64,000 bases of DNA, from the NCBI RefSeq assembly GCF_006345805.1, contig NC_043005.1, positions 27,838,001 to 27,902,000 of the forward strand, read 5' to 3'. The notes under the pieces were generated by a model, which did not search any database, had not been told where the DNA came from, and was given only the letters and a program-made list of their open reading frames with translations. The stretch is from Octopus sinensis (taxonomy: Eukaryota). This document shows, piece by piece, positions 49,533 to 64,000 of this stretch (positions within the stretch are counted from its first letter, which is position 1; every line of letters begins with the position of its first letter). The translations under genes were made by a program, and so were the position numbers.

Positions 49533-52500
49533 TATATATACATACATACATATATATACACATACATATATATACATACATATATATACATAAATCGGCC
49601 TGCTCGCTTAGCCAGCGGGGTGGCATCATTCAAAGGCTAAAACAATGCGAACGCATTGTGACCAGTGATGTGTAACTACATCTGATGGACTGGTCGGTCA
49701 CGTGTGACGTGATATACATACATATATATATATATATACATGTATACATATATACATATACATATATATATATAATATGTGTGGAAACAACATGGCTGTG
49801 TAGTAGACAAGTTACTGGACAATCAAAGTGATCTGTTCATATCTGACAATGTTTTTAAATAAAGAATATTACTCTACCTCTGGTATTTGAGTACTCTTTT
49901 CCACCTTATTTAAAAGCAGCAGAAATATCACAAAAACTGTTACTTAGAGTTTCACTTTCCCATTTGTCGGAAAGTTTTCTGTCCAACAGCGAACAGGAAC
50001 GTGAAACTCTGAGTAACAGTTTTTGTGATATTTCTGCTGCTTTCAAATAAACTATATATATATAGGTAAAAAAATTAAGGAGTGCATGCATTATATAAAT
50101 AATAATTTTCATGATTAAATAAAAAAAATAACAAACGGAAAATTTTACATAGCTATATATATTTGCCGGTGGCACATAAAAAGCACCATCCAATCGTGGT
50201 CGTTTGCCGCCTCGTCTGGCACCTGTGCTGGTGGCACGTAAAAAGCACCCACTACACTCATGGAGTGGTTGGCGTTAGGAAGGGCATCCAGCCGTAGAAA
50301 CATTGCCAGATCAGACTGGGCCTGGTGCAGCCTTCTGGCTTCCCAGACCCCAGTTGCACCGTCCAACCCATGCCAGCATGGAAAGCAGATGCTAAACGAT
50401 GATGATGATGATGATGATGATGAAACAAAATAAACAAACAAACATATACTAAATGCACAGGCGAACAGAAAACACAGGTCATCAACTCCCCATCAGTTAA
50501 TAATTAGAGAGTCAAACACAATTTCAGCCATTATTGATACGATTGCTTCCACATAAATTTACTCATTTAGAAGACAAAGGAGAAGAACAACTTTTACTGA
50601 CCTCATTTCAGCCTGTTTTATTTCTGTTTCAGTATTACTGATTTCATTCTTTGCAGCTGGAAATAATAATAATAACAATAACTGAGTAGTGACATCCAAG
50701 TACTGGCCTGGGTGACAAAAGGAAGAACGGTACTATGCCCCAGGAGGACCCAAAGGGAATGTGGTTGAAAATTTTCGACCAATATCTTGTTAGCCATTGA
50801 TGTAGAAACTGATGATGGACATCATATCAAACAGCATCTATAAGTACCTAGATGAGAATGACCTATTACCAGTGGAACAAAAAAGGTGTAGACGTAAGCG
50901 CAGAGGAAGGGAGGATCAATTACTAATTGATAAGACTATCCTGGCTGACTGCATGAAAATACACAAAAATTTGGTGATGGCATGGGTGGGTACAGGAAGG
51001 CATATGACATGGTCCCACACTTGTGGATTATTGAATGCCTTAAACTGCTTAAGGTCTCCAACAATATTCTGAAGTTAATACAAAACTCAATGACAGCATG
51101 GCACTAATTGAAACCTTTGGTAAATTGTTAATGCCTGCTTCCAAGTAAAGAATAACCAGTAATTAAGAACTATCTGAGAGTCCATAAAAGGATGAAAGGC
51201 AAACACCGAGATGATGACAAGTGACCAAGACCTTTGGAGATATGCTGTACTTGAGAAGACCCGGCAAGCCAAGTGAGACCATAACAATGGCCTATGGCAG
51301 TGCAGCATAACCAGCCTATTTAAGAGCACCCTTCAATCATTGGGTAATAAACTGTGCTTGCAAAGACCTGTTGAGGTAAGTGAAGTCGTTGTCATGGCCG
51401 ATAACAGTACCACCTGATAGGCACCCATGCCGGTGGCATGTAAAAAACACCATTCAAGTGTGGCCGATGCCAGTGCCACCTGACTGGGCCTCGTGCAGGT
51501 GGCATGTAAAAGCACACATTACACTCTTGGAGTGGTTGGCATTAGGAAGGGAATCCAGCTGTAGAAACATTGCCAGATCAGATTGGAGCCTGGTGCAGCC
51601 ACTGGCTCTCCAGATCTCAGTCAAACCGTCCAACCAATGCCAGCATGGAAAACTGACGTTAATCGATGATGATGATGATGAAACGATTCTGCGAGCTTTC
51701 CACCCTAAATACTAACAGTAGTTTCTAATTTAGGTACAAGGTCAATAACAGTGAGGGGAGGGTGTTAGTTGATGTCACCAACCCCAATGCTTGACAGGTG
51801 CTTTATTTTATTGACCATAAAAGGACAAAAGGCAAAGTGGAATTAATCAAGATTATAATGTATACTTACTTAAGAGCTGGTCATTGAGAGTGGCAGCTTC
51901 TCCATCATCGTTACTAGAAAGACCAGCAGTGACAGCATGGAAGTGTTTTTGAGCAGCAGCAAAATCTTCAGCATCCTGAATACTCTGCTTTTGAAGTTTC
52001 TCAGTGGCAGACAGAATCTTCTCCAGATCTTTCTCTCGGGTAGCAATTGTTTTGGTGTTCTATGAGGACAGGATAAATAAGAAAAAAATAGCAGACAGAC
52101 AGACAATCACTTTGTATAGTTTTCTTCTCCGGAATTGCATCTAAATTTGATCTCTTCCTCACAGAAATACAAGCTCTGGCACAATTTAATGCTCACAGTG
52201 GAATCTGAACACATAGCCTATACATGTCAGCAATTTAATAACCCTTCCAAGGTGAGCCTTACTTTGATCATTTCCTCAGCAACTCCACCTAATAGAGCTG
52301 AGGTGACAACAGCCACACAAAAGTAGATTAACAGCCCACTCTGTTGCAATTATTCAGGTCTGGTTTCTGGTTTAAGGTGCTAAAAATCTAAAGCGTTGTG
52401 GCTACTGTCTTGCTCTCACTGCATAAATGGTTAAAGGAACATAAACTGCACCAAACTTGGAGGGATGCAAAATGAAATTAACCATAGTAGGACTTGAACT

Positions 52501-55500
52501 CATTACTACAAGGAATGAAACTGAATATTTTAAGGCATTCAATCTGTTACAAAACTACTTCTGGCTACCCCAGTCCTTAAAATCACAAATACTGGCCATC
52601 ATTTTGTTATTATATTTGTATATTAATGAAATTATCTGCTGCAGATAAGAAGAAAAAAAAAAGCTTTTAAATCTTAGTTTTGAGCTTTGGTTAGATTTTG
52701 TTAAAGAACTGGGAGATAAATCTCCCACTGGATAGGATTATTGCGGCAGAACCCATTCTTATAGACAGCTAGTTGAATTAAGCTCAAGTAGATTACAGTG
52801 TCCAGTTCGAGAAACACAACAGACTTGTAGGAGAATTGAACTCTCAACCTGATTGCTTTATCCACACAATGTGGTTCAAACAGAAACAGAAGATTTCAAA
52901 AACGAAAGGACCAGTGAACTGAAAGAAAGGCAAAGGTTTAAACTATGGATTAAAAGGTGCTTGTGCTGGTCTACGTAAGAAGCACTCATGCTAGTCCACG
53001 TTAAAATCACCCATGACAGCATGGGAAATGGATGTTAATTGATAATGATAATGAAGAAGATGACTTACATCATCCTTTTGTTTGACCAAAGATTTCTTCT
53101 TTTTCTCTTCAGCTTTCATACTTTCTTTCTTACTATCACAAGCACTAAGTATTTTGGCATGAACCACATTGGCATCAGACAGGTCTTTCTGAACTTTCGA
53201 TAAAGCCTCTCCACTTTCCTATAAATCAATTAAAAATATTATAAATCAAATGACCAAAATAAAAAAAATAAAAAAGCACAAGCAATAGCAGAGATGTGAT
53301 CTAGAATTTGGTCCAATTAAATTAAACTTGGTTGTAATGTTACTTTTCATAATTAAGAAACTGGTTGCCAAACCAGAGTCCTTCGCTTCATTATTTTTAT
53401 ATAAAAATATATATTTTTATATATTTCTTTGCTTCATTATTTTTATATAATGTTCTTCGCTTCATTATTTTTATATAAAAATATCAATGTCTCTTTTACA
53501 TTAATATTAATCCTAACACTGAAGCCGCAAGTTGGTGGAATCTTTAGCAGACCAGAGAAAATGCTTAGCAGCATTTCTACTGACTTTACATCCTCAGTTC
53601 AAATGCTGCCAGGGTCAACTCTGCCTGTCAGCCTTTCACAGTCAATAAAGTAAGTTCCAAGGGCAACGAGCTGGCAGAAATATTAGCACACCGGGCAAAA
53701 TGCTTAGTGGTATTTTGTCTGTCTTTACATTCTGAGTTCAAATTCCGCTGAAGTCGACTTTACATTTCGTCCTTTCAGGATCAATAAATTAAGTACCAGT
53801 TATGTACTGGGATCGATCTAATAGACTGGCTCCTTCCTCCAAAATTTCAGGCCTTGTGCCTACATACTAGAAAAGAATAAGATAAGTACCAGTTGAACAC
53901 AGGAGGTTGATGTAATTGACTTACCCCACCCCCACGAAATTGCTGGCCTTGTGTCAAAATATATTAATTCTAACACTGGTGCAGTATCACAAATCAATGC
54001 ATCTGTTAGCAGTGGTACACTGTCAAAATATTAATTCTAACACTGATGCCACATCACAAATCTATTCCTACTTGTATTATGTCATAAGTCAATTAATTCT
54101 AAGACAATATCACAAATTGATTAACACTGGCACATTTAATACAATATTAACACTGCCCATGCTCCAGGTAGAAACTGACCCAGTAAATTATGTTAAGGGA
54201 CCATGTTCAAAGCCATAAAGTCCTAATCAATAACTTTAACGATTACAATAATCAGTCTACTTTTGTGAGTATGTTAGTTTTAACTTCCAGTGTGGATACA
54301 CAACATAATGCTTACACTACTGATGCTCTTGTGAAATACAGAAATGTTACAACATCCAATTTGTGTACCATAAAACTTTGTTGTCAACAGCTTAGAAAGA
54401 TTTATGAGGCTGACTGGTCTATGACAAACTGTATCAGGAAGCTTTCAATGCTGCTTCAATTACCTATGAAAGATGATGTGGCATTATCTTTACACATTCA
54501 CACAAAGCAATTCTCTTTTTACCTTTTCTTTTTTAGCTTCTAATTCTTGAATCTGTTTGTTCACAACTTGTATAGATTCTTCTACCTAAGAAAAAAAGTG
54601 ACATGAAAAATATTCTTTGAAAATAATTACAAATTGAGAGAGAGAGAGAGAAAGAGAGAGGGGGGATGGAGCGGGGGAGGGAGAGAAGGGGGAGAGGGAG
54701 AGAGAGAGAGAGAGATGTGTTTAAGATGTTTGTTGGGAACAAGCTGAAGATTACCCTCATTAAAAAACAAAAATGCTGTAGATACAGAGAATCAAAGAAA
54801 TAAACAGAACACAACAGAAGGGGATTAATTGCCAAGGTGAGACGACACCCAAACCTTGCGTGCACATGTGAGTAACATGAAGAAAAGGATTCCTCTATCA
54901 GATAAATGTGGCCAGTCATCTGTGAACAGAAAAACAATCAGATATCAACAATATCACTTTGTGATGCTGTTTAGCCTCAAATCAGCTCAGACCAGACAGA
55001 ACTTTGATCAAAGATGTTCCAGTTGTGACCACCCTGTTTTTCTTTCAGACAGTGTATCTAGGATCAATGTGATCCAGCAAATCTCTCTTTTTCAAATGAT
55101 AGAGTTTGTGATTGAGGGAGAATTGACTGCTATTTGTAGCAAGTCGAATGACCATGAGAAGACTCTGATTCCTTTACTAAGATGTTTACTACATGCAGAT
55201 GTGACCTGATGACACAAAAATATCTATTCGATGACATTACATTTTATGCCACCACTCTTCAAACTCCATGCCAAGGCACTGAGACATGGTGCAGTGATGT
55301 GCCACAGCACCATGTCTCAGTAGTGATCTATGGCACAATGGTACACTCTGTATCGTCACTGTGCCAATATATGGTGAGGTAGCACTTAGACGTGTGTTGT
55401 GAATTTCTCCTTTATGTTTTAAACGTAATACATTTTTAAGAAAAGACAACTTTAACTACATCATCTCAATCATAAGATAAGATAAGAAAGAAAATGCTGA

Positions 55501-56301
55501 CAGCGAAAATGTTGGCCTATCACTTGAGTGACCCTTGTTCTGGTGGCACGTAAAAAGTACCCACTACACTCTCAGAGTGGTTGGCATTAGGAAGGGCATC
55601 AAGCTGTAGAAACTTTGCCATATAATAGAGCCTGATGCAGCCTCCTGACTTGCCAGTCCTCAACCCATGCCAGCATGGAATGCGGACATTAAGCAACAAT
55701 GATGATGATGAGAGGAAAAGGACATCAAAACCAAGGCAGAACAAGTATCTCAAGTCATTGATAATAATTTAATTAGGGTAAGGTTAATTAAATTGTTTTT
55801 CACGTGCCACCAGCACAAGTGCCAGTAAGGCGATGCTGGTAATGATCACATTCAAATGGTGCATTTTACGTGCCACCAGCGTGGAAGCCAATCAGCTGCT
55901 CTAGCAATGATCATGCTCGGATGGTGCTCTTAGCGCTCTACTAGCACGGATGCCAGTCATTGAATTTGATTTTGATTTCACTTGCCTCAACAGGTCTTCA
56001 CAAGCAGAGTTTAGTGTCCAATGAAGGAAAGATACGCATAAGTGGGCTGGTTACACCACTGACACAGGCCATGGGTTATGGTCTCACTTGGCCTGCCGGG
56101 TCTTCTCAAGCACAGCATATTTCCAAAGGTCTCGATCACTAGTCATTGCCTCAGTGAGGCCTAATGTTCGAAGGTCGTGCTTCGCCACCTCATTCCAGGT
56201 CTACCCCTTCCACAGGTTCCCTCAACCACTAGGGTGTGGCATTTTTTCACACAGCTATCCTTGTCCATTCTTGCCAAATGACCATACCAGCTCAGTAGCA
56301 G

Positions 56302-56348
<47 letters not shown>

Positions 56349-59013
56349 GCCAACAGTGGTGATAATAACAGCAACAGAAAGAAGACTCCAGCACTACTGC
56401 TGCTGTTACTGTGACCACTGCTCCTGGATTGGACAAAATAATAAAGTAAAAATACATGGTTCTTACCTCTTTTGACTTTTCCTCTAACTTTCCAATGGTT
56501 TCAGTTATTTCTACCACTTCATCAGCAGACTTCTTCTTTCGATCCTGAAGGACAAGAGGTAACATAAATGATGTGTACATGTTTTTATATGTGTATATGG
56601 CCAACTCAAATTACATTGTGGGCTTCTTTAATCAGAGAAAGTGTTTTGAGAGCCGCTTGCATACTTTATGCACTAATAGTCAAATAATCAAAAATTTTTC
56701 ATACTTTTCATTTGTTTAAAATTATAAAATTGTAGGCCGTTGCTTTATTGCCACTTATAAATTTAAAATTTATTTTGAAACAAATGCTTTACACAAACAA
56801 TTTTATTTTGAAACACAAATTAAACACAATACTTCAAGAAAGTATCAAGCAGGCTGCAAGACAAAAGTCTGCGGGCTGCAAGCCTCAGGTTGACCAGCCC
56901 TTGTATAGACACTCATGGTGCTTTTCATCATCATTTAGCGTCCGCTTTCCATGCTAGCATGGGTTGGATGGGTCAACTGGGGTCTGTGAAGCTGGAAGGC
57001 TTCGTCAGGTCCAGTCAGATCTGGCAGTGTTTCTACGGCTGGATGCCCTTCCTAACGCCAACCACTCCGCGAGTGTAGTGGGTGTTTTTTACGTGCCACC
57101 TGCACAGGTGCCAGACAGAGCTGGCAAACGGCCACGAGCGGATGGTGCTTTTACGTGTCACCGGCACGGGGCCAGGCGATGCTGGCTACAGACACGAACG
57201 GATGGTGCTTTTACGTGCCACCGACACGGGGCCAGACAGAGCTGGCAAACGGCCACGAACGGACGGTGCTTTTACGTGTCACCGGCACGGGGGCCAGCCG
57301 AGGCTGGCACACATAAATATATTATGATATACATAAGGTCTATTATGATATATAAGAAGTTTAAGAGGAAGGAGACAAGAGAAAATTTATATTTTAGTAG
57401 GTGCGATTATGGGTGTGTAGTTAAGGAAGTTCACTTCACAAGCATGTGTTTTTAGGTTCGGTCCTGTCAAAGAGAAGAAAAAGAGAAAACCTTACCTCAG
57501 CACACATAAACTGATAAGCAATGTAGAGTTTAGTTAAATGTTCCAGTTCTCTGGTGATCTTCTGAAATTCCAAGTATGAAGACCGTTCTTCCCTCAGCTT
57601 TGTTAGAGTTGGGTTAATGTCTTCTCGTAGAACCTAGCAACAAAAAACATCAAATATAAACATTAACAACTCATTCAGAACACTACCTTATTTTATAATT
57701 GGTTCACTATATTTTTATTATAATTTTTTGTTTTTAGAAGGTACAAAGCTAATATGATCAGCTGAATGATCCCCAATGTATTACTGGTACTGGTTTTATA
57801 ATGTCTAAGGAAATAAGTAGGGCTGTAATGCGATTTGAATCTATAAAGCTAAGTAACCTCTGTCTCAACCAACTCAGTTTCTGAAATGATGGTCAGGAGA
57901 TTGAAATGTTGAACTATTGGTAACATAGTGGGGAGTTCAAGCTTTACTAGAAGAATAAAAACAACAATATTAAAGAAACACTGCAAACCAAACACAAGAG
58001 ATTATGGTTTCAACTAGACTCAAACCTCAGATGGATAAAACACTTTGAAGTCATACACAGAAAGGAGGTAGTGGATGGTAGAATGGTTCACTAAACACTT
58101 GGCTTTTCGGTTCAATTCTTCCACATTTTGAGGTCAAATTATGTTGTGGTCAACTTTACATATCTGCAATATTGTTACTTAGCCCCAGATCAGGCATGAT
58201 TAAACAGATATAACCATCCTAATTTTTATTCAACCATAGCATACTATCAAAGACAACATAATCTAATGTCCAATGCTTGTTTCCTATTTTTAAGACTTTA
58301 ATTTGAGGGAGATATGGCTGTTATTTTCAGCAGGCCGAGTACTCATGTAGAAGTTCCTTTGTTAGTTTGCTTTTACAGACATAACAAATATCTCTAACAA
58401 TAATATTCCTAAGTTGGTTGATCACATCTTTCCTTGACTAAAATCAGTTCTGTTCCCAATCCAAATAGACTCAATAATTAAAAATACAAACAAGATATTT
58501 ACAGTTTCAATCTCAGCCAGTTTGGCATCTTTTTTCTCAATTGTCCGCTGGGCCGATTCCTTCTTGGTTTCATACAAACGTGTTCCTGCAGCTTCTTCAA
58601 TCATTGACAAAATCTAAAAACAGTGACAGAATAACATAAGATTGTTAAAAACAACATAAATACCTAACATTTGACACATAATAGGTTATGATAGAGTGTA
58701 ATGCCAGTATTCAATGACTCTACAACTGACATCAAGTAGTTGTGGATCTGATAATAAAGTCAAACTTTACATGACACCTAGACTAATGATGTGTTTGCCA
58801 CTTCATTACTGAATGAGATATAGCAGTGAAAGAAGAGGTTGAAGATATTCAGTGCATGATGTATCAATGCCAGTGAATAGAGAGAACCTTATATAGTGTA
58901 TGAAGGTGTATGGTGGTAAAACTGCATAGTAAATGTAGAGGAGTACATGTGGTACGTGTAAGATAAATGATAAAAGGGCTACATCTATCTATCTATCTAT
59001 CTATCTATCTATG

Positions 59014-59049
<36 letters not shown>

Positions 59050-59739
59050 TACCGGAGTAAGCACATAAATATGAAACAAGGTGGTAAAAAAAGAGTACTC
59101 AAATACCAGAGGTCAAGTAATACGCTTTATTTAAAAGCAGCAGAAATATCACAAAAACTGTTACTCAGAGTTTCACGTTCCCTTGGAATCTGTCCTTCGA
59201 TTTAAGGTTTTCTTCAATTTTACAATAGGATGAATTTATACTGAATTTATTTTGTTCATTGCATGATTAAGACCGTTAGTTGAAAGGACCAATGAAACAA
59301 AACCATTTTCAAAGGTGTAGCCTTTAAACTAGATTTTTTGTTCTTGTTTGATTATATCATCATTTCTGTTCCATTCTAATAAAACTGTCCAACAAATGGG
59401 AAGGTGAAACTCTGAGTAACATTTTCTGTGATATTTCTGCTGCTTTTAAATAAAGTATATATATATCCATTTTCTCTTTTTTCTTAAGTTCATGTTGTCG
59501 CACATATTCGCTCTTTCTTCCAAAAATTAATGCCCTTCGCTTAGGTTTTTGGGGCCTACCAATTTTGAACAGTCTCAAATATAACAGGCCAAAACTGGAG
59601 TGAAAATTAGAAGCTTGACTGATGAATAGAAAGCCATGAATGTTCCATCCTGGTTTTCCTATGGCCGTTTTTGTATCATCCATCTGCCCATATGTTTCAT
59701 TGTCAACCATTATGTTCTTGTTCCATTTTTTTGGATTAT

Positions 59740-59771
<32 letters not shown>

Positions 59772-62700
59772 AAGAGTGTAAGGTGTGTGATGGTGCATGG
59801 TAGTAAAAAGATTGGTTGGAAAGCTATGGAACCAAATTGGCTTTGTGTATTTGCAGTGTTTATTTACAAGATTGAGAACAAGTGAAAACAATTATACTTG
59901 ACATTTTATATACATCCAAACATTAATAACGAACTCTGGTATTACAGCTTCAGAAGTGGACTAAAGGACAGAGTTTGATGAACACCTACTTCTACAATAA
60001 ATTCTTCATTGAATTCACTGTTAGTATTGACCTTTATATGGTCTGAACTGCTCTCCTGGACCATTTGGTGAATACATCATCTTCCAGACTGTAGTACTTG
60101 AGACTCTATAAAAGGCTGTTTTATTCTAAGATAAGAGTTGTAAAAGAGTTGTTTGTTCTTAGGTACAAGCAGCTTCAGTTGCAGTTGTCTCATCTGAAAA
60201 ATGATATCCTGAATTCTATGTCCTGGTATGAAACCAAAATACATCTTATCTGGCAATGACAACAGTGAAAGGAAATTGTATTTACCTCTGGTGGTTTCAT
60301 GTTCAGAACTTTGGTAATACGACCCTGCATGATAAGAAAATGAGGATTGTTGACATTGAGTTGGACAGACTGGAATAAATCTTGGACACGTTTATGTTGA
60401 GCTGACATTCCATTGATCATGTATTTATTACGGCCACCAATAACAACCTGCATAATAAAAAGAAATACACTAATATATGGCAGAGTAGCAGTACAATACA
60501 GGGGAACTTAATAATTCAAAACGGAACTATTTATAAAGTACAAGGAATATTAATTAGGGCTTGAGTGTACATATTGGGCTGTGTTAGCCTTTTTTTTTTC
60601 TGTTTGCTTATAAATGTGTGTCTGACTTTTTCAAAAAGAGATCAACATTAGGAAAGACATCCAGCTGCAGAAACCATACTAAAGCAGATATTCAAGCTTG
60701 ACTCAATCCTCTGACCTGCTGGATTTTGTTAAACTGTCCAACTGATGACAACATGGAAGATGGATGTTAAATGATGAGGAACATAAAGTAACCAAGGAGT
60801 AAATAAATAACTGAAGAATTTCATAAGTGCAATCTGGATGAAAATACTGATTCATAGCACCACACTAACAAGAGATATATTAATATATACACATAGATCT
60901 ATGTGTATATGTACACATATACATGTTTGTGTGTGTGTGAATATATATATATATATATATATATATCACCATAGTCAACTGCTACAAAGGTAAAGGTGAC
61001 GCATTAGATACAAATAATTACAGAGGTATCAAGTTGTTGGATCAGGTAATGAAGATCACGGAGAGGGTCATAGCCCAACTAATTAGAAGATAGTCAGATT
61101 AGATGAGATGCAGTTTGGGTTTGTGCCAGGGAAAAGCACCACTGATGCTATATTTCTGGTAAGACAGCTGCATGAGAAATACCTAGCCAAAGATAAGCCC
61201 CTGTACCTGGCTTTCATTGACATGGAGAAAGCCTTGACAGGGTCCCCCGATCCCTTATCTGGTGGTCAATGAGTAAACTAAGGATAGATGAATGGTTAAC
61301 GAGACCTGTGCAAGCTATGTACAGAGACGCTGTCAGTAAGGTGAGGGTTGGCAACGAGTACAGTGAAAAATTCTGGGTAGAGGTAGGGGTCCACCAAGGT
61401 TCAGTCCTCAGACCACTCCTATTTATCATAGGCCTCCAGGCAATAACAGAGGCATTCAAGACAGGATGCCCCTGGGAGCTCCTCTATGCTGATCACCTTA
61501 CTCTAATTGCTGAGTTACTATCAGAACTAGAGGAAAAGTTTCAGGTGTGGAAGCAAGGATTAGAATCGAAGGGCCTTAGAGTCAACCTAGCTAAAACCAA
61601 AGTCCTAATAAGTAAGAAGGCAGACAAACCACAAATCCTTTCAGGTAGATGGCCCTGCTCAATCTGTAGAAAAGGCATAGGTAGAAACTCTATAAGATGT
61701 ACCCAGTGTAAGCTATGGGCACATAAGAGGTGAAGCAATATCAAAGGAAGGCTAACTGGGAAGATAGTTTTTGTATGTGGCAGATGCTCAGGAGCAATAA
61801 ACATTGAAAATGTGCAAAGAACAACTTCTGCCACATTCCAGGGAGAAAACTAGAAGTAGTTGATAGCTTCCGTTACTTAGGTGACCAAGTCAGTAGTGTG
61901 GGTGGGTGCTCTGAAAGTGTAGCTGCTAGAATAAGAATAGCCTGGGTAAATTTCAGAGAGCTCCTACCTCTACTGGTGACAAAGGGCCTCTCACTCAGAA
62001 TAAAAGGTAGACTGTATGACACGAACAGCCATGCTACATGGCAGTGAAATATGGGCCGTGACTGCTGAGGACATGCGTAAGCTCACAAGGAATGAAGCCA
62101 GTATGCTCCGCTGAATGTGTAATGTTAGTGTGCATACTCAACAGAGTGTAAGTGCCTTGAGAGAAAAGTTGGACTTAAGAAGCATCTGATGTGGTGTACA
62201 AAAGAGACAACTGCGCTAGTATGGTCACATGGTGAGAATGGAGGAGGATAGCTGTGTGAAAAAACGTCACACCCTAGCAGTTGAGGGAACCTGTGGAAGA
62301 GATAGACACAGGAAGATCTGGGATGAGGTGGTGAAGCACAACCATCGAACATTAGGCCTCACCAAAGCAATGACTAGTGACTGAGACCTTTGAAAATATG
62401 CTGTCTTTGAGAAGACCCGGCAAGCCAAGTGAGACCATAACCCATGGCCTATGCCATTGGTGTAGCCTGCCCACTTATGCATACCTTTCCTTCATTGGAC
62501 ACTAAACTCTTCTTGCAAAGACACGTTGAGGCAAGTGAAATCAAAATCTAATTCGATGACAGCACAGCATGACTGACATCCATGATAGTGGAGCGCTAAG
62601 AGCACCATCCAAGCGTGATCGTTGCCAGGGCTGCTGACTGGCTCCCGTGCCAGTGGCACATAAAACACACAGTGTTGCCTTACTGGCACGTGAAAAACAA

Positions 62701-62907
62701 CATTCGAGTGAGCTCATTGCCAGTGTTGCTGGACTGGCTCCTGTGCAGGTGACACATAAAAACACCATTTGAGCATGCAGCTGTAGAAACTCTTCCAGAT
62801 CAGATTGGAGCCTAGTGCAGCCTTCTGGCTCACCAGTCCTCAGTCTAACCGTCCAGCCCATGCCAGCATGGAAAGCAGATGTTAAACGATGATGATGATA
62901 AGTGTGC

Positions 62908-62981
<74 letters not shown>

Positions 62982-63868
62982 ATATTCTTTTACTTGTTTA
63001 AATCATTTGACTGCAGCTATGGTGGAGCACTGCCTTGAAGTATTTTAGTCAAACAAATCAACCCCAAGACATTTTTTTCTTAACCTAGTGCTCATTCTAT
63101 CGGCCTCTTTTGCTGAATCACTAGGTTATGAGGACATAAACACAGCAACACTCGTTGTCAAGCGGTGATGGAGTGGGGCGGGGACACAAACAAAACACAT
63201 AGCTATATATATATATAATATATATATATATACGACAGACTTTTTTCAGTTTCTGTCTACCAAATCCACTCACAAGGCTTTGGTCAGCCCAAGAAGACAC
63301 TTGCCCAAGGTGCCACACATTAGGACTGAATCCGGAACCATGTGGTTGGGAAGCAAGCTTCTTACCACACAGCCATGCCTGCACCTTATATATATATGCA
63401 CATACACATGCTGGTGAAAAATGTAAGACACCTGTGCCAGCGGCACATAAAAGGCACTTGTGCAAGTGACATGTAAAGGGCACCCGTGCCGGTGATACAT
63501 GTAAGGTACGTGTGTCAGTGGCATGTAAAAGGCACCTACTACACTCTTGGAATGGTTGGCTTTAGGAAGGGCATCAAGTCATAGAAATCAAACAAAACCA
63601 GACTGGAGCCTGATACAACTCTGGTTTACCAGTTCTAGTCAAACTGTCCAACCCATGCCAGCATGGAAAATGGATACTAAAAGATGATGATGATATATAT
63701 ATATTAACCAATACTAACCTGTCTAGTAACAGTAATTTCATCATATTGTTCATAGCCTAAAGGACCATGCTTCTTGTCTAAATTGTCAAACACAATACTG
63801 ACGGTAGCTTTTGTAACTCCAGCTTGGCCACTCTTGTATACAAGGTCCTGAAGGTTGGTAGCACGAAC
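29920..63868 (-). CDS. SMC2: Structural maintenance of chromosomes protein 2 (condensin subunit), 24 coding exons in window, 5'-incomplete
   Basis: Exons in transcription order: 63719-63868, 60286-60447, 58503-58613, 57496-57633, 56467-56544, 54523-54585, 53069-53218, 51870-52059, 50602-50656, 48426-48546, 47933-48051, 46463-46601, 45410-45556, 44410-44614, 42999-43134, 41940-42064, 40309-40502, 38832-38975, 37284-37478, 35652-35852, 35016-35141, 33913-34064, 31015-31162, 29920-30105. All introns are GT-AG with compatible phases; total 3435 nt = 1144 aa + TGA. SMC2 motifs: [54 protein letters not shown], hinge [17 protein letters not shown], signature LSGGQR, Walker [40 protein letters not shown]. 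The Walker A exon is not in the window. Confidence 0.97.
46943..47309 (+). mobile_element. Non-autonomous Helitron-like element
   Basis: 5' TC start with a TGTC/TG microsatellite; 3' GC-rich hairpin CCTGAGCAACGCCGGG followed by CTAG-T at 47305-47309. Confidence 0.62.
49906..50050. repeat. Head-to-head inverted copies of a repeat with decayed hammerhead-like motifs
   Basis: Plus: CTGT-CCAACAGCGA-ACAGGAACGT-GAAAC-TCTGA-GTA-ACAG. Minus: CTTT-CCGACAA-ATGGGAAAGT-GAAAC-TCTAA-GTA-ACAG. Confidence 0.65.
56925..57310 (-). mobile_element. Young CpG-rich copy of the tandem-unit SINE with 60-61 bp units
   Basis: GGTGCTTTTACGTG recurs at 57144, 57204, 57265; body shared with the 566-1027 family. Confidence 0.78.
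61000..62450 (+). mobile_element. RTE-clade LINE, RT and C-terminal region, degenerate
   Basis: [53 protein letters not shown], a Cys-rich segment, F.YLGD, then the 3' end shared with many short fragments (25120-25270, 28480-28920, 51200-51300, 56080-56300). Confidence 0.88.
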
Positions 63869-64000
63869 CTAAAGAGAACAGTAATTACATATATTAATAA
63901 TAATCATTGAACTGAGTGGATTAAATATATCATAGAATATCAGGTAAGGTGTTCTTATAACATTTTCAATATTGACAATAGTAATTTCTTTGATTAGGGG

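Noticed and set aside
53380-53485. Three copies of CTTYGCTTCATTATTTTTATATAA
   Set aside because: Local slippage duplication in AT-rich intron; nothing suggests function.

Overview
AT-rich, microsatellite- and retroposon-dense animal genomic DNA. The SINE/LINE families look like those of octopus genomes (inference from recalled repeat sequences, no search run). Three protein-coding genes can be assembled by hand from GT-AG exons. (1) The 5' end of a vitellogenin-like/large lipid transfer protein gene on the minus strand (TATA box, signal-peptide exon at 10054-10096, exons at 3083-3231 and 1178-1323, continuing off the left edge). (2) A small, unrecognised secreted peptide precursor on the plus strand (66 aa: signal peptide, RKKR convertase site, one Cys; coding exons 18747-18866 and 23449-23529, AATAAA at 23560). 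(3) Condensin subunit SMC2 on the minus strand (24 exons, 29920-63868, 1144 aa in frame; the first coding exon lies beyond the right edge). The rest is tRNA-derived SINEs, RTE-, R4/Dong- and Penelope-like retroelement fragments, MITEs, a non-autonomous Helitron and simple repeats. The most unusual signal is a set of at least five unrelated repeat families carrying hammerhead-ribozyme-like folds with palindromic stem III. One family has a compensatory G3:C8 swap of the catalytic core, and one is fused behind a tRNA-like Pol III head. All coordinates and folds were derived by eye.
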